NCBI GenBank assembly: GCA_964218365.1
Contig: CAXPMI010000060.1
Span: 13,089-77,088, forward strand
DNA length: 64,000 nt
Direction: 5' to 3'
Source of the DNA: Candidatus Poseidoniaceae archaeon
GTDB taxonomy: Archaea > Thermoplasmatota > Poseidoniia > Poseidoniales > Poseidoniaceae
The position numbers were made by a program, and so were the translations under genes. Shown here in pieces: positions 18,855 through 27,876 of the stretch (positions within the stretch are counted from its first letter, which is position 1; every line of letters begins with the position of its first letter). The notes beneath the pieces are model-generated. The model ran no database searches. It worked only from the letters and a program-made list of their open reading frames with translations, and had not been told where the DNA came from.

Positions 18855-19256
18855 TCAGCCTTCTGCTAGGTAATCGACGTACTCGTCGGGCTCCAGGAGG
18901 TTCTCCATATCAACATCGTGTGGATTTAGAATAATGATCCACCCGAGGTCGTAAGGAGAGTCATTAACCAATTCAGGGTTAATCTCTACTTCGCCGTTCA
19001 CTTCTGCAATCTCGCCAGCAAAAGGACTCGGGAAAGTGAGTTTTTCTTCAGCTGTCCAGATTGAAAACAAATTTTGTTCTTCATCGACCTCGGTTTCAGC
19101 GTGTGGAAGGATAACTCTGAGGACTTCTCCGATGTCTGCTGCTAGATAATCAGAGATGCCAATTACCAAGCGGTCATCCTTTTCCTGGTACCATAGGTGG
19201 TCCCTAGAGTACTTGCGGCTGTGAGCGATGCCGAATTCCATGACTTCTTCATCCAT
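18855..19256 (-). CDS. gcvH: Glycine-cleavage H-like lipoyl-carrier family protein (divergent)
   Basis: YSRDHLWY..., VIGISDYLAADIGEV, PELVNDSPYDLGWIIIL fit GcvH. The context of the presumed lipoyl-Lys is AEEKLT rather than the canonical ESVKA. Start chosen at ATG 19256 (MDEEVMEF). Confidence 0.65.
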   Translation of the reverse strand: MDEEVMEFGIAHSRKYSRDHLWYQEKDDRLVIGISDYLAADIGEVLRVILPHAETEVDEEQNLFSIWTAEEKLTFPSPFAGEIAEVNGEVEINPELVNDSPYDLGWIIILNPHDVDMENLLEPDEYVDYLAEG

Positions 19257-19360
19257 GGTATCAACCTTGAGCCGCCGTAAGGCAGGTAATATATGAACAC
19301 ACTGCAAAAGTGAATTGCCAAGGCGCATCCCTAAAGTGCTCTAACGATTTGGACCATAAC

Positions 19361-20533
19361 ATGCGCTTCGAGGAGACGGATGAACAGCAAATGATTCGCG
19401 AGATGGTAAGGGACTTTGCAGAGTCAGTCTTGCCCCCAACAATAGAGCACAGAGACGCAAATCAGATTCCTCCTGCGGAAGAATGGAAGCAGTTTATCGA
19501 GTATGGTCTTCAAGGAATTACAATCCCGGAAGAGTATGGTGGAAACCCTGTCGATGACATCTGTGAATCAATCATTATTGAGGAACTAGCAAGAGTCGAC
19601 CCGTCCTTTGCGGTAATGTTCTGTGTTCATGTGGGGCTGTGTGCGAAAACCATTGCTTTGCATGGTAATGAAGAACAGAAGCAAAACTACCTTCCCCGCC
19701 TTGCAGCAGGTGAAGTAGGTGCTTACTCACTTTCAGAAGCAGGCGCAGGTACAGACGCAGCAGCAATGGTGTGCAAGGCCAAGTTGTCAGATGACGGAAC
19801 TCATTACATTCTCAACGGAGAAAAGATGTGGGTTACAAATGGTGCCCAAGCTCAAATTTATGTGCTATTCGCAAAGGATGTTGACCATCCAGATTACGGT
19901 GTAAAGAAGCACGGTGGAAGCACTGCGTTCATTGTCGAGCAATCCTTTGAAGGATTTAGCGTCGGCAAGAAAGAAGACAAGTTGGGGATCCGTTCATCGG
20001 ACACCTGCACTCTCGTTTTGGAAAACTGTAAGGTTCCTGTAGAGAACGTAATCAAAGGCTCAGGCAATGGATTCGCAATTGCAATGAACGCACTTGATAA
20101 TTCTCGAATTGGTATCGCAGCACAGGCTTTAGGAATCGCACAGGGTGCTTACGAGGCAGCTCTGAAGTATTCACACGAAAGAGAGGCATTCGGAAAGCCG
20201 ATCGCTCACCACCAGATGATCACTTCTTACTTGGCAGACATGGCAACTAGAATTGATGCGGCAAGGCTTCTTGTTTACAAGGCATCATGGGCAAAAGAGG
20301 AGCACTACGAGAACGGTGGTCCAAGACATACCAAAGAGGCTAGCATGGCTAAGTTGTATGCCGGTGATACCGCAATGTGGGTTACTGAGAGAGCAATTCA
20401 GGTACTAGGCGGTTACGGATACACTAAGGAATTCCCAGTTGAGAGATTCTTCAGGGATGCTAAGATTACACAAATCTACGAAGGTACACAAGAAGTACAA
20501 AGAATCGTTATCGCAAGAGCAATCAAGCCTTGA
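19361..20533 (+). CDS. Acyl-CoA dehydrogenase (short/branched-chain type)
   Basis: MRFEETDEQQMIREMVRDFA start, central GAGTDAAAM, C-terminal QIYEGTQEVQRIVIAR. The track ORF begins 51 nt earlier. Confidence 0.85.
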   Translation: MRFEETDEQQMIREMVRDFAESVLPPTIEHRDANQIPPAEEWKQFIEYGLQGITIPEEYGGNPVDDICESIIIEELARVDPSFAVMFCVHVGLCAKTIALHGNEEQKQNYLPRLAAGEVGAYSLSEAGAGTDAAAMVCKAKLSDDGTHYILNGEKMWVTNGAQAQIYVLFAKDVDHPDYGVKKHGGSTAFIVEQSFEGFSVGKKEDKLGIRSSDTCTLVLENCKVPVENVIKGSGNGFAIAMNALDNSRIGIAAQALGIAQGAYEAALKYSHEREAFGKPIAHHQMITSYLADMATRIDAARLLVYKASWAKEEHYENGGPRHTKEASMAKLYAGDTAMWVTERAIQVLGGYGYTKEFPVERFFRDAKITQIYEGTQEVQRIVIARAIKP

Positions 20534-20545
20534 GTGGAATTTATG

Positions 20546-20824
20546 TCAGTACATTCCCATGCCTCGCATGGCACTGATAAACCAGAGTGCTAGTGCAATC
20601 CCAATCAAAACCAATAATCCGATGAAAACCTTTGTTGGAATATTGAGTATATCCTTCAATGCAATCAAAATCATCAATGGGATAAAGCATACAATTCCTC
20701 CTCCATTTGTCGGCAAAACCAGAACTATGAACAAAATTATTCCTAAACCTAAGAGGGTTAGGCTACTGACTGGCTTAGGGTCAGAATTACCTGAACCACT
20801 TCTTACCATGACTGTCTGTTTCAA
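20546..20824 (-). CDS. Small three-helix membrane protein (hypothetical)
   Basis: 92 aa with three clear hydrophobic helices. Co-directional with the EF-hand gene and 24 nt downstream of it. The opposite-strand ORF looks like an antisense artefact. Confidence 0.45.
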   Translation of the reverse strand: MKQTVMVRSGSGNSDPKPVSSLTLLGLGIILFIVLVLPTNGGGIVCFIPLMILIALKDILNIPTKVFIGLLVLIGIALALWFISAMRGMGMY

Positions 20825-20848
20825 AGAAACGGCTTGAGGTTTCAGCCG

Positions 20849-22399
20849 TCAAACAATCTCACTTGATTCTAATACTGGTCGTTTTAGACTCGGTGAGAAG
20901 TCGACCAGGCTTGCCCATAATTTGATTTCATCACCCTCTTTGAAGGACAAAATCTTGTCATCCAATTCAACTGGAACCTTCACCACTCCGATATATGGGC
21001 CTCCATCCAATAGTCCATGAACAGATTGACCTCCTCGATATTTCGGGTCTCCAAGAAGTGTCCTCTCCATTTTCTGTATCTTCAGAGTGACGAGGAATTC
21101 ACTTGTTTGTTTCTCCATCAAAGCCTTTCTTTCGCTAGAGAATCTTGTTCCTTCCATTTCAAGGATTAATCTCTCGAATTCTGTGTCAATTTCATCAGAA
21201 ATTTCCCCACTCTCATCGACTCCAGTGAAATGAACTGTTTTTTCTGCTTCGATTTGCTCTTGCACAGGATCTCCAACATCTGGAGATTCATGCGTCATTT
21301 CGACTTCAGTTGAAACTTCCCCAGATTCATCGTATTGGTCGGCCTTTTCGACAGATTCTTCATCGACAATCGAATCATTCGAAGTAACGACGGAATCGTC
21401 TACTTCATCCAGAACAGCGTCGATTTCATCATCACTAAATTGACCATTCTCGTCGACTTCAAATCCAAGTTTAGTCCACAGTGCGTTCATTTCATTGAGG
21501 TCTAACTTTCCGTCTTGATTTAGGTCGAAATCCTTTATTGAATCCTTGACGATGAAAGCCGGGACACTGAATCCTGTAGCAGCAGTTAATGCGCCTGCAA
21601 TTTCATCGGCATCCAACCTTCCATCTTTGTTTATGTCTCCCAACATCATCATCTTCTCAGGAGTTAGATTCCTTGATTCAATTTGTTTCTTCAATTGGTC
21701 GAGAATGATGTTACCCGCTACATCGGTAGCTTGTTCGCCAGAATCGTTGGTTGGCAGTTTTGTATTTACAGTGTACTTGCCTGCTTCGATATTTTCTCGA
21801 AGTTTCTCTCTGCCTTGTTCTCGAAGTTCTTCAGCGCGCTCAATCGCTCTCTCTCTGCTAGACTTGATTATGTGAGCAGTTCCTATTGCTCCAGCACCAC
21901 CAGCAACTCCTAGGGCACCTAATTTTAGAGCATTCTTTGCGATGTTTGAGTTGTGTAGTGCTTCGATCTTTTGTTGCCTTGAACCACTGTCGACTCCGTA
22001 AGCACTTGCTAGGATATCTAGTTCATTTGTGGGTAAGTCCTGAAGTTGTTTACCATTGCGAACTTCCGAAATTACTCTGGACATAATCTGAGTATTTTGG
22101 TCGTTGAAATGTGATGCTGCACCAACAGTATCACCTTGGACTTGGTTTTGTACCCAGTTCCATTGGCCAGTACTATCCTGTTTGAGTACCATGCTGCCAT
22201 CAGAACTTACGGCAGCGCCGTTTGCCGAGACAATTCCTCCAGCGATTAACCCAAAGATTCCGAAGCAACAGCATGCAGAACCGAATGACGAATCACCCGA
22301 ACCAATTGCGCTTTCTATTACAATCATTACTAGACCAAGAGATGCAGCCCAACCACCTGCAGAAGTTAACCAGTGTGTGTTACCCTCGCCTTCGGACAT
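20849..22399 (-). CDS. Membrane protein with a pair of EF-hand calcium-binding loops and an acidic region
   Basis: N-terminal TM helices. Canonical loops DINKDGRLDADE and DLNQDGKLDLNE (nt 21491-21637). Asp/Glu-rich segment. Unknown C-terminal beta-rich domain. Confidence 0.65.
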   Translation of the reverse strand: MSEGEGNTHWLTSAGGWAASLGLVMIVIESAIGSGDSSFGSACCCFGIFGLIAGGIVSANGAAVSSDGSMVLKQDSTGQWNWVQNQVQGDTVGAASHFNDQNTQIMSRVISEVRNGKQLQDLPTNELDILASAYGVDSGSRQQKIEALHNSNIAKNALKLGALGVAGGAGAIGTAHIIKSSRERAIERAEELREQGREKLRENIEAGKYTVNTKLPTNDSGEQATDVAGNIILDQLKKQIESRNLTPEKMMMLGDINKDGRLDADEIAGALTAATGFSVPAFIVKDSIKDFDLNQDGKLDLNEMNALWTKLGFEVDENGQFSDDEIDAVLDEVDDSVVTSNDSIVDEESVEKADQYDESGEVSTEVEMTHESPDVGDPVQEQIEAEKTVHFTGVDESGEISDEIDTEFERLILEMEGTRFSSERKALMEKQTSEFLVTLKIQKMERTLLGDPKYRGGQSVHGLLDGGPYIGVVKVPVELDDKILSFKEGDEIKLWASLVDFSPSLKRPVLESSEIV

Positions 22400-22438
22400 G
22401 GTCTAGCGATATCGGTCTTAGTCATCAAGTTGATGCCG

Positions 22439-23719
22439 TCACGGCCAGTTTGGACGAGGCCATGATTTTGGGTCTCCATTCTGCCAAGGTATTGTACAGA
22501 GTGCGGTTTCCATTTGCTCTATACTCTCATATCCTCTCTCAATTTGAATTCTAAACAACCAATCTTTGAGCCTACCTAATTTGATTCCAGGGCTTAATCC
22601 GGTTCTTTGCATAATCCATTCCCCGTTTACCAGACAATCAATATCGGAGGGATAATTCAAGGATTTATTGATCAAATCAGTATTCTCGTTCAAAGCAGCC
22701 AACATTGAAGAGTGAGTTGTCACTTCATCTCCGAGTGTGTATCTATAGAGCCTCAATTCGTTTTGCTTTGGAAATTTCTCCAACAGATAATGCAGTAATT
22801 TAGTACGATTAAATGTACTCTTTGAGACTTTCAATCGCTCTAGAATGATAGTCAAATCATTTTGGCTTATTTTTGAAGAAATTAAAGCAATTCTTGCTTC
22901 AAGGTCTTCGGCTACTCTGCTAACTAAATCAAACACCTCACTATGTAATGGATAGCCAATTATCGCAGCAAGGATGCCATCATCATTCATCCTACTGAGG
23001 ACCTGGCTGGCATTTTTACCTGTAATTATTCTCGCTAATTCGCTCCACACTCTCTCTATTGAGACCATGGCTAGCATTGCTCTGTTTTCAATTAGGGCAA
23101 TAGATAACTCATTTTCTGGTTGCCATATTCCGTTTTCCTGTCTATCCATAAATCGATAGGCGCGTAATATTCTCAATCCATCTTCAGATAGTCTTTGATT
23201 TGCATTTCCAACCGCTCGCAAGCACTTGTTCTCAAGGTCTCTTTTACCTCCGAACGGGTCATGAAGAAGTCCCCTTGCAAAGTCGTAAGCCATTGCATTA
23301 ATTGTGAAATCACGTCTGGACAAATCCGTAAATAGGCTATCTCCCCATTCCACTACGTCTGGTCTTCTTCCATCACCATATCCAGTCTCTGTTCTAAGAG
23401 TAGTAACTTCGAACATAGATGTGCCACTCTTTACAGTAATTGTACCAAACTTTACACCAGTCGGTATGGTGTCATCAAATGACTCAATGACTTCATCTGG
23501 TGTTGCAGTGGTGCAAATGTCGTATTCATGCGGGATTTTTCCCAATAATGAATCTCTAACAGCTCCTCCTACAACCCATGCGCCATATCCACCGGCGCAT
23601 AGGACATCCAATACGTGAGAAAGGTCTTCATTTTCTTGAAGAAGAGATGGCATGGACAAGCCTGTGACATCAGCGAGTAGGCCTTCCTCCATGACGGGTG
23701 TGTCACTCACCCTTTCCAA
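22439..23719 (-). CDS. cca: Class II (bacterial/eukaryotic-type) tRNA nucleotidyltransferase, CCA-adding enzyme family
   Basis: WVVGGAVRDSLLGKIPHEYDICT head-domain motif, RRDFTINAMAY, LSEDGLRILRAYRF. 426 aa. Confidence 0.8.
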   Translation of the reverse strand: MERVSDTPVMEEGLLADVTGLSMPSLLQENEDLSHVLDVLCAGGYGAWVVGGAVRDSLLGKIPHEYDICTTATPDEVIESFDDTIPTGVKFGTITVKSGTSMFEVTTLRTETGYGDGRRPDVVEWGDSLFTDLSRRDFTINAMAYDFARGLLHDPFGGKRDLENKCLRAVGNANQRLSEDGLRILRAYRFMDRQENGIWQPENELSIALIENRAMLAMVSIERVWSELARIITGKNASQVLSRMNDDGILAAIIGYPLHSEVFDLVSRVAEDLEARIALISSKISQNDLTIILERLKVSKSTFNRTKLLHYLLEKFPKQNELRLYRYTLGDEVTTHSSMLAALNENTDLINKSLNYPSDIDCLVNGEWIMQRTGLSPGIKLGRLKDWLFRIQIERGYESIEQMETALCTIPWQNGDPKSWPRPNWP

Positions 23720-23752
23720 AGCATTATCCCATGTATTTACTTGGAAAAGGTC

Positions 23753-24172
23753 ATGTCATGGGAAGCAGAAGACGTTTCGTTAGTACCTTTGGAGTGGTTG
23801 AAACCCCATGAAGAGATCAAAGTAAAGAATCGAAACAAGTTGCTTGAGATGACGAAAAAATGGGGCGGTTTTACCAAACCCCTACTAGTTGATTCTGTAA
23901 CAGGCTCGATTTTGGACGGGCATCATCGACATTCCGTGGCTGTATGTTTGAATCTGAAAAGAGTGCCAGTAATCTTGATCGATTACTTATCGGATGAAGA
24001 AATTACAGTCGATGTTTGGCCAGGTTGCGGACTTAAGTCGATTACAAAGCAGGAAGTAATCGACATGAGTCTTAGTGATGAGTTGTATCCTCCAAAAACT
24101 AGCAAACACACAATTTCAAATCATATGCCACCGATTCATGTGCTACTAGAGGAGTTATCTAAGCCGGAATAG
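23753..24172 (+). CDS. ParB/sulfiredoxin-like nuclease-domain protein
   Basis: LKPHEEI... and ILDGHHRH (DGxHR-type ParB-N motif). The track ORF starts at TTG 23741; the first ATG is at 23753. Confidence 0.55.
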   Translation: MSWEAEDVSLVPLEWLKPHEEIKVKNRNKLLEMTKKWGGFTKPLLVDSVTGSILDGHHRHSVAVCLNLKRVPVILIDYLSDEEITVDVWPGCGLKSITKQEVIDMSLSDELYPPKTSKHTISNHMPPIHVLLEELSKPE

Positions 24173-25921
24173 TTACCGCTTAGTGGCCTTTATTGCATCC
24201 CAAAGTTTGTTTCCTTTACCTTCGAGGTTTACTAGGTGCTTTGGATTCTCTGTTGGTGTGATGCTAACTTCCTTGATCGCACCCTCGCGAGAAATTGTGA
24301 ATGTTGTTTCAATTCCAATACTGCCGTATACAGCTGCCGATAACTCAGCAGAAGAGCGAACTCTGTGACCGTTCACAGCAATGATTTCGTCTCCAGTGTG
24401 GATTTTCTCCCTGCACGGTGAGCCAGAAAGATGCGTTCTTACTTTGACACAGTTAGGAGAATTGGCGAGATTTAGACCGAGCCAACCACCTTTGGTTTTC
24501 TTTTCAGAAACAAGGTCAAGGCCAAGCAGTTTCAGTGCTGACAGAACATCAGGTGACTTTCTATCACCTACCAATGAATCTAGCAATACACCTAATCTTC
24601 TGCCTCCCGGGGTGTTTACTAGTGCTTTCTTAATGTCAGAGTGAGTAATGCCCGGGTTGTCTGAGTCGAGTTTGTGATTGTGGTACAAAGTGGCCATTAC
24701 ATCATCCATTCCATATTCTCCCTTGGAGCGTTTTCTCAATTCTGCATCGAGGCAAAAAATTGCCATCTCTCCTTCCAGATAATATGAAATTTGAACCTCT
24801 CTGCTGTATGAATTCGGCCTGTACAGGTGTATCCAAGCATCATGACTGCTCTCTTGAAGGGACTCAAATTCCATGCCATTTCTATCTGTGTGGCGCTTCA
24901 TCTTCCTAGTCCAATCCTTGCGCCAATCCTCTTCAGTCCAAGCTCCACTTCTCAAGCATAGAATGTCTCCTAGCCAGGATGTTAATCCTTCAAACCACCA
25001 AAGTAGGTCGGAATGGACTTCTTTTTGAAGTTCATAATCCAAGAAATTCTTTGGCCGCAATTGTTTGACATTCCACTGGTGTAGGAATTCATGGCTGAAT
25101 AATGAGACTAAATCTCTCCATTGTTCTTCATTTCCTTCTTGCAATGATTTTCTTGGCATCATTGAAGTCTGGCTTCTAAGATGCTCTAATCCACCTCTAC
25201 CAGATTCAGTCAAATGGAGAACTGTCCAGTAATCTTTCCATTCCGGAACGCCGAATAGTGCAAAGTGCTCTTCGATTACTAACTTCATCGCATTTAGGAA
25301 TCTGTCAAGTCCCTCCTGTGGAATTGGCAATCCACCAGAATCCCACAACTTTAGGTGCTGTTTGGTCCCTTCTACTTCGAAAGTTATCATTTCGTTTGCA
25401 TTGGATTCCATAATTGCGTCCAAGAATTCGTCTCTACCTTCTGCGACCCATTCTCCCTCTACTCCTTTGAGTTGGGTTGCAGTATGCCAATCGTCAGGGG
25501 CTTTCAGAATCACTTTGTGGTCCATTTCAATCCGATTTTTGTCTATACCTCTTGTTGGAAGCATCCAAGTGTATGGAGGCATAATATGGACATGCGTTGA
25601 ATCAAGATGGTTTGCTCTGCAAGTCATTTCCGCTGCTAATAATCTGTAACTGATCGAAACTAATTTCGCCCCTTGAACACCGCTAAGTTTTGCTCCATCT
25701 ACATCGATTCGGGCGATTTTGGAATTTTCTCCATCAATCTTTGCGCTCAATTCTGACATGTGCTGAATCGGTTCACGAATGAAGTATGAACCTGGTACCC
25801 ACCTAGGGAAACGTAACTCGAGGATGTTCTCGGTAAATGGTCCGGAAATGTCAATTTTAACTGTTAGTCTTCTACTAGCGCCTTTGGTTGCATCGACACT
25901 AAACGTTATTCCGGAATCCAA
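24173..25921 (-). CDS. M61-family glycyl aminopeptidase with a C-terminal PDZ domain
   Basis: RFPRWVPGSYFIRE N-domain, HEFLHQWNVK zinc site, PDZ-like GDEIIAVNGHRV. Only a TTG start at 25921 preserves the conserved N-terminus. Confidence 0.8.
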   Translation of the reverse strand: MDSGITFSVDATKGASRRLTVKIDISGPFTENILELRFPRWVPGSYFIREPIQHMSELSAKIDGENSKIARIDVDGAKLSGVQGAKLVSISYRLLAAEMTCRANHLDSTHVHIMPPYTWMLPTRGIDKNRIEMDHKVILKAPDDWHTATQLKGVEGEWVAEGRDEFLDAIMESNANEMITFEVEGTKQHLKLWDSGGLPIPQEGLDRFLNAMKLVIEEHFALFGVPEWKDYWTVLHLTESGRGGLEHLRSQTSMMPRKSLQEGNEEQWRDLVSLFSHEFLHQWNVKQLRPKNFLDYELQKEVHSDLLWWFEGLTSWLGDILCLRSGAWTEEDWRKDWTRKMKRHTDRNGMEFESLQESSHDAWIHLYRPNSYSREVQISYYLEGEMAIFCLDAELRKRSKGEYGMDDVMATLYHNHKLDSDNPGITHSDIKKALVNTPGGRRLGVLLDSLVGDRKSPDVLSALKLLGLDLVSEKKTKGGWLGLNLANSPNCVKVRTHLSGSPCREKIHTGDEIIAVNGHRVRSSAELSAAVYGSIGIETTFTISREGAIKEVSITPTENPKHLVNLEGKGNKLWDAIKATKR

Positions 25922-25923
25922 AT

Positions 25924-26874
25924 CTAAGCCCCCAATTCTTGAATCGATTTCTGTAGGTTTTTTGCAGCCATGCTAACCAAGTCAGAATCGTCATTAGCGA
26001 TTTTTGCCAACCTCTCTAAGTCGATATCGCTGCGACCATCCATTTGCTCAATTAACTTTGAGCGTACTCTTTGATTGATTGAGTCATCTTCAATCATTGC
26101 CCATCTGAGCGAACTTGAATCTGAATCGTAGCGCATTCGTAACCACCGAGAGATGATTTCAGGAGAATTTTTTGCAACACTCTCTATTCTTGAGTCTACG
26201 GTATCGACATGTTCCCTGAGAGCATCTGCAATTGATTTCCTAACCTTAGGGTCAGAATCTTTACTTGCAATCTCAAGAATTTCTCCTCCCAATTTCACAG
26301 ACATTGAACCAATCAATGAACGAAGTGACGAATCGCTTGATTTGAGTGCATTCTTCAGTACTTCTTCACCCAAAATCATCTCTTTTTCAGAAGCTGTAGA
26401 AATCGCAGCCTTTCTTACCGCAGAGTGTTTATCATTGAGAAGTGATGAAATTAATTTCTCGTCACTGGAATTTTCTGCGGCAATAATTCGCACTGAATGG
26501 TGTTCATCAGAGGCGAATTTCTTATGAAGAATTTCTGAATCCGCAAGTATTTTTGCTGCAAAACATCGAATGACGTGGTCATCTTCTGATAGCAATTTTG
26601 TTGCAATATCTGTGTCAGGTATTTTTTCCAACATCTCTGCTACCAATCTTTTATTGTTAGCCATCAGAGGTTCTAATTCTTCTGCCGATGTTGCCCATTT
26701 ACGATGAGCGTCTAGTGCTTTGTTTCTAAACCAGAAATCAGGGTCATCTAGGAGTTTAACAAAACCACGCAAAGCACTTGGGTCGTCTTCTTCGAAAAGG
26801 GCTCTTACCGCTCTGCGACGAATTTTAACATCCTTATTTGTTAATCTTGAAATTTCAGTATTCAGATTTGACAA
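25924..26874 (-). CDS. HEAT-repeat protein
   Basis: Repeated ...D.D..VR..A..AL... helical units (VKIRRRAVRAL, HSVRIIAAE, HSAVRKAAIS, DPKVRKSIADAL). TTG start with GAGGTGA SD 4 nt upstream. Confidence 0.7.
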   Translation of the reverse strand: MSNLNTEISRLTNKDVKIRRRAVRALFEEDDPSALRGFVKLLDDPDFWFRNKALDAHRKWATSAEELEPLMANNKRLVAEMLEKIPDTDIATKLLSEDDHVIRCFAAKILADSEILHKKFASDEHHSVRIIAAENSSDEKLISSLLNDKHSAVRKAAISTASEKEMILGEEVLKNALKSSDSSLRSLIGSMSVKLGGEILEIASKDSDPKVRKSIADALREHVDTVDSRIESVAKNSPEIISRWLRMRYDSDSSSLRWAMIEDDSINQRVRSKLIEQMDGRSDIDLERLAKIANDDSDLVSMAAKNLQKSIQELGA

Positions 26875-26883
26875 AATATCACC

Positions 26884-27876
26884 TCAAGGGATGAAATCGT
26901 TGTGATTCCTTTTTTTATCGTAATTTTCAGGGGAGTCAAAAGATGCTATTCTTGTTTCCATAGCAGCTTGGATGACCGGCCATAGTTTGACGAACCATTC
27001 GCCCTTTTTCATCATGAGTTTCATCATTGGATGCTCGCTAGGGTCTTCAAATTCTTCTGGAGGAGGCAAGTCATCGGGTAATTGTCGCAAGTCAGCGACT
27101 AAATCGTACAATTTATTCTTCTCTGAATCCTTAACAATCTTTGAATCTGCCATTATTTCGATGACTTGTTCGATCATCTCAGCCATTTCGCTAGGTGAAG
27201 GTGAATCACTTATTGTATCCGATATGTCTACTGGGCCAAAAACCACACTACCTAGGTCGGTTTCAAACAATTCATCGCCTTGTTTTTCTAACTTCAGAAG
27301 TTTTTGGTGTGAACGATTGCCTATCGGTGCAATCGCAAACCCACCATCCTCTAATTCACCGCTTAGCCAAGTGGGTAAAAGTTCCAGCTGACCAGTTACA
27401 AGAACACGGTTGAGTTTTGGCAGTATGTTTTCATCTAATTGAGATGTGTGGTAGCACTTAACGGTTGGATATCCAATCAATTTCTTTGAGATGTGGACTA
27501 CTACTTCCATTGATGGGTCAATGACTGTTACGCTCCCACTCTCATCAATAACATGAGCGATCAAAGCGCTCAGGTAACCCCCTTTAGCACCGTATATTAC
27601 GATGTGTTGCCCTTTTGTTAACTCTAGATAATGCAGCATTGTCACAATCATGTGAGGTGCAGATATATTCTTGAATCCACCATTTTGTGATTTCATGAAA
27701 ACAACCGGCCTATCTAAGTAGAAATCATCAGGATCGAAGTTGGTGAAATCCTCAATGTCGACTTTGTACATGGCGCTCTCGATGTGTTCTGGTATTTCGA
27801 TACCAGACAATCTCAGATTGGAAAGTAATTTTGCTAGATTACTCATTGAAAAACACAACCTTTGCAGACGACTCAC
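26884..27876 (-). CDS. Protein-L-isoaspartate O-methyltransferase-like protein, divergent SAM loop, with a C-terminal extension
   Basis: ISAPHMIVTMLHYL is the PCMT pre-motif. Motif I reads VIYGAKGGY where PCMT normally has LEVGTGSGY. VID and RVLVTG are retained. About 110 extra acidic/helical residues. Start is GTG 27876 or ATG 27846. Confidence 0.65.
   Translation of the reverse strand: MSRLQRLCFSMSNLAKLLSNLRLSGIEIPEHIESAMYKVDIEDFTNFDPDDFYLDRPVVFMKSQNGGFKNISAPHMIVTMLHYLELTKGQHIVIYGAKGGYLSALIAHVIDESGSVTVIDPSMEVVVHISKKLIGYPTVKCYHTSQLDENILPKLNRVLVTGQLELLPTWLSGELEDGGFAIAPIGNRSHQKLLKLEKQGDELFETDLGSVVFGPVDISDTISDSPSPSEMAEMIEQVIEIMADSKIVKDSEKNKLYDLVADLRQLPDDLPPPEEFEDPSEHPMMKLMMKKGEWFVKLWPVIQAAMETRIASFDSPENYDKKRNHNDFIP

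Noticed and set aside
20439-20837. 132-aa plus-strand ORF overlapping the small membrane protein gene.
   Set aside because: It begins inside the acyl-CoA dehydrogenase gene in another frame. The minus-strand 92-aa product has three clean TM helices and operon context. Neither is proven.
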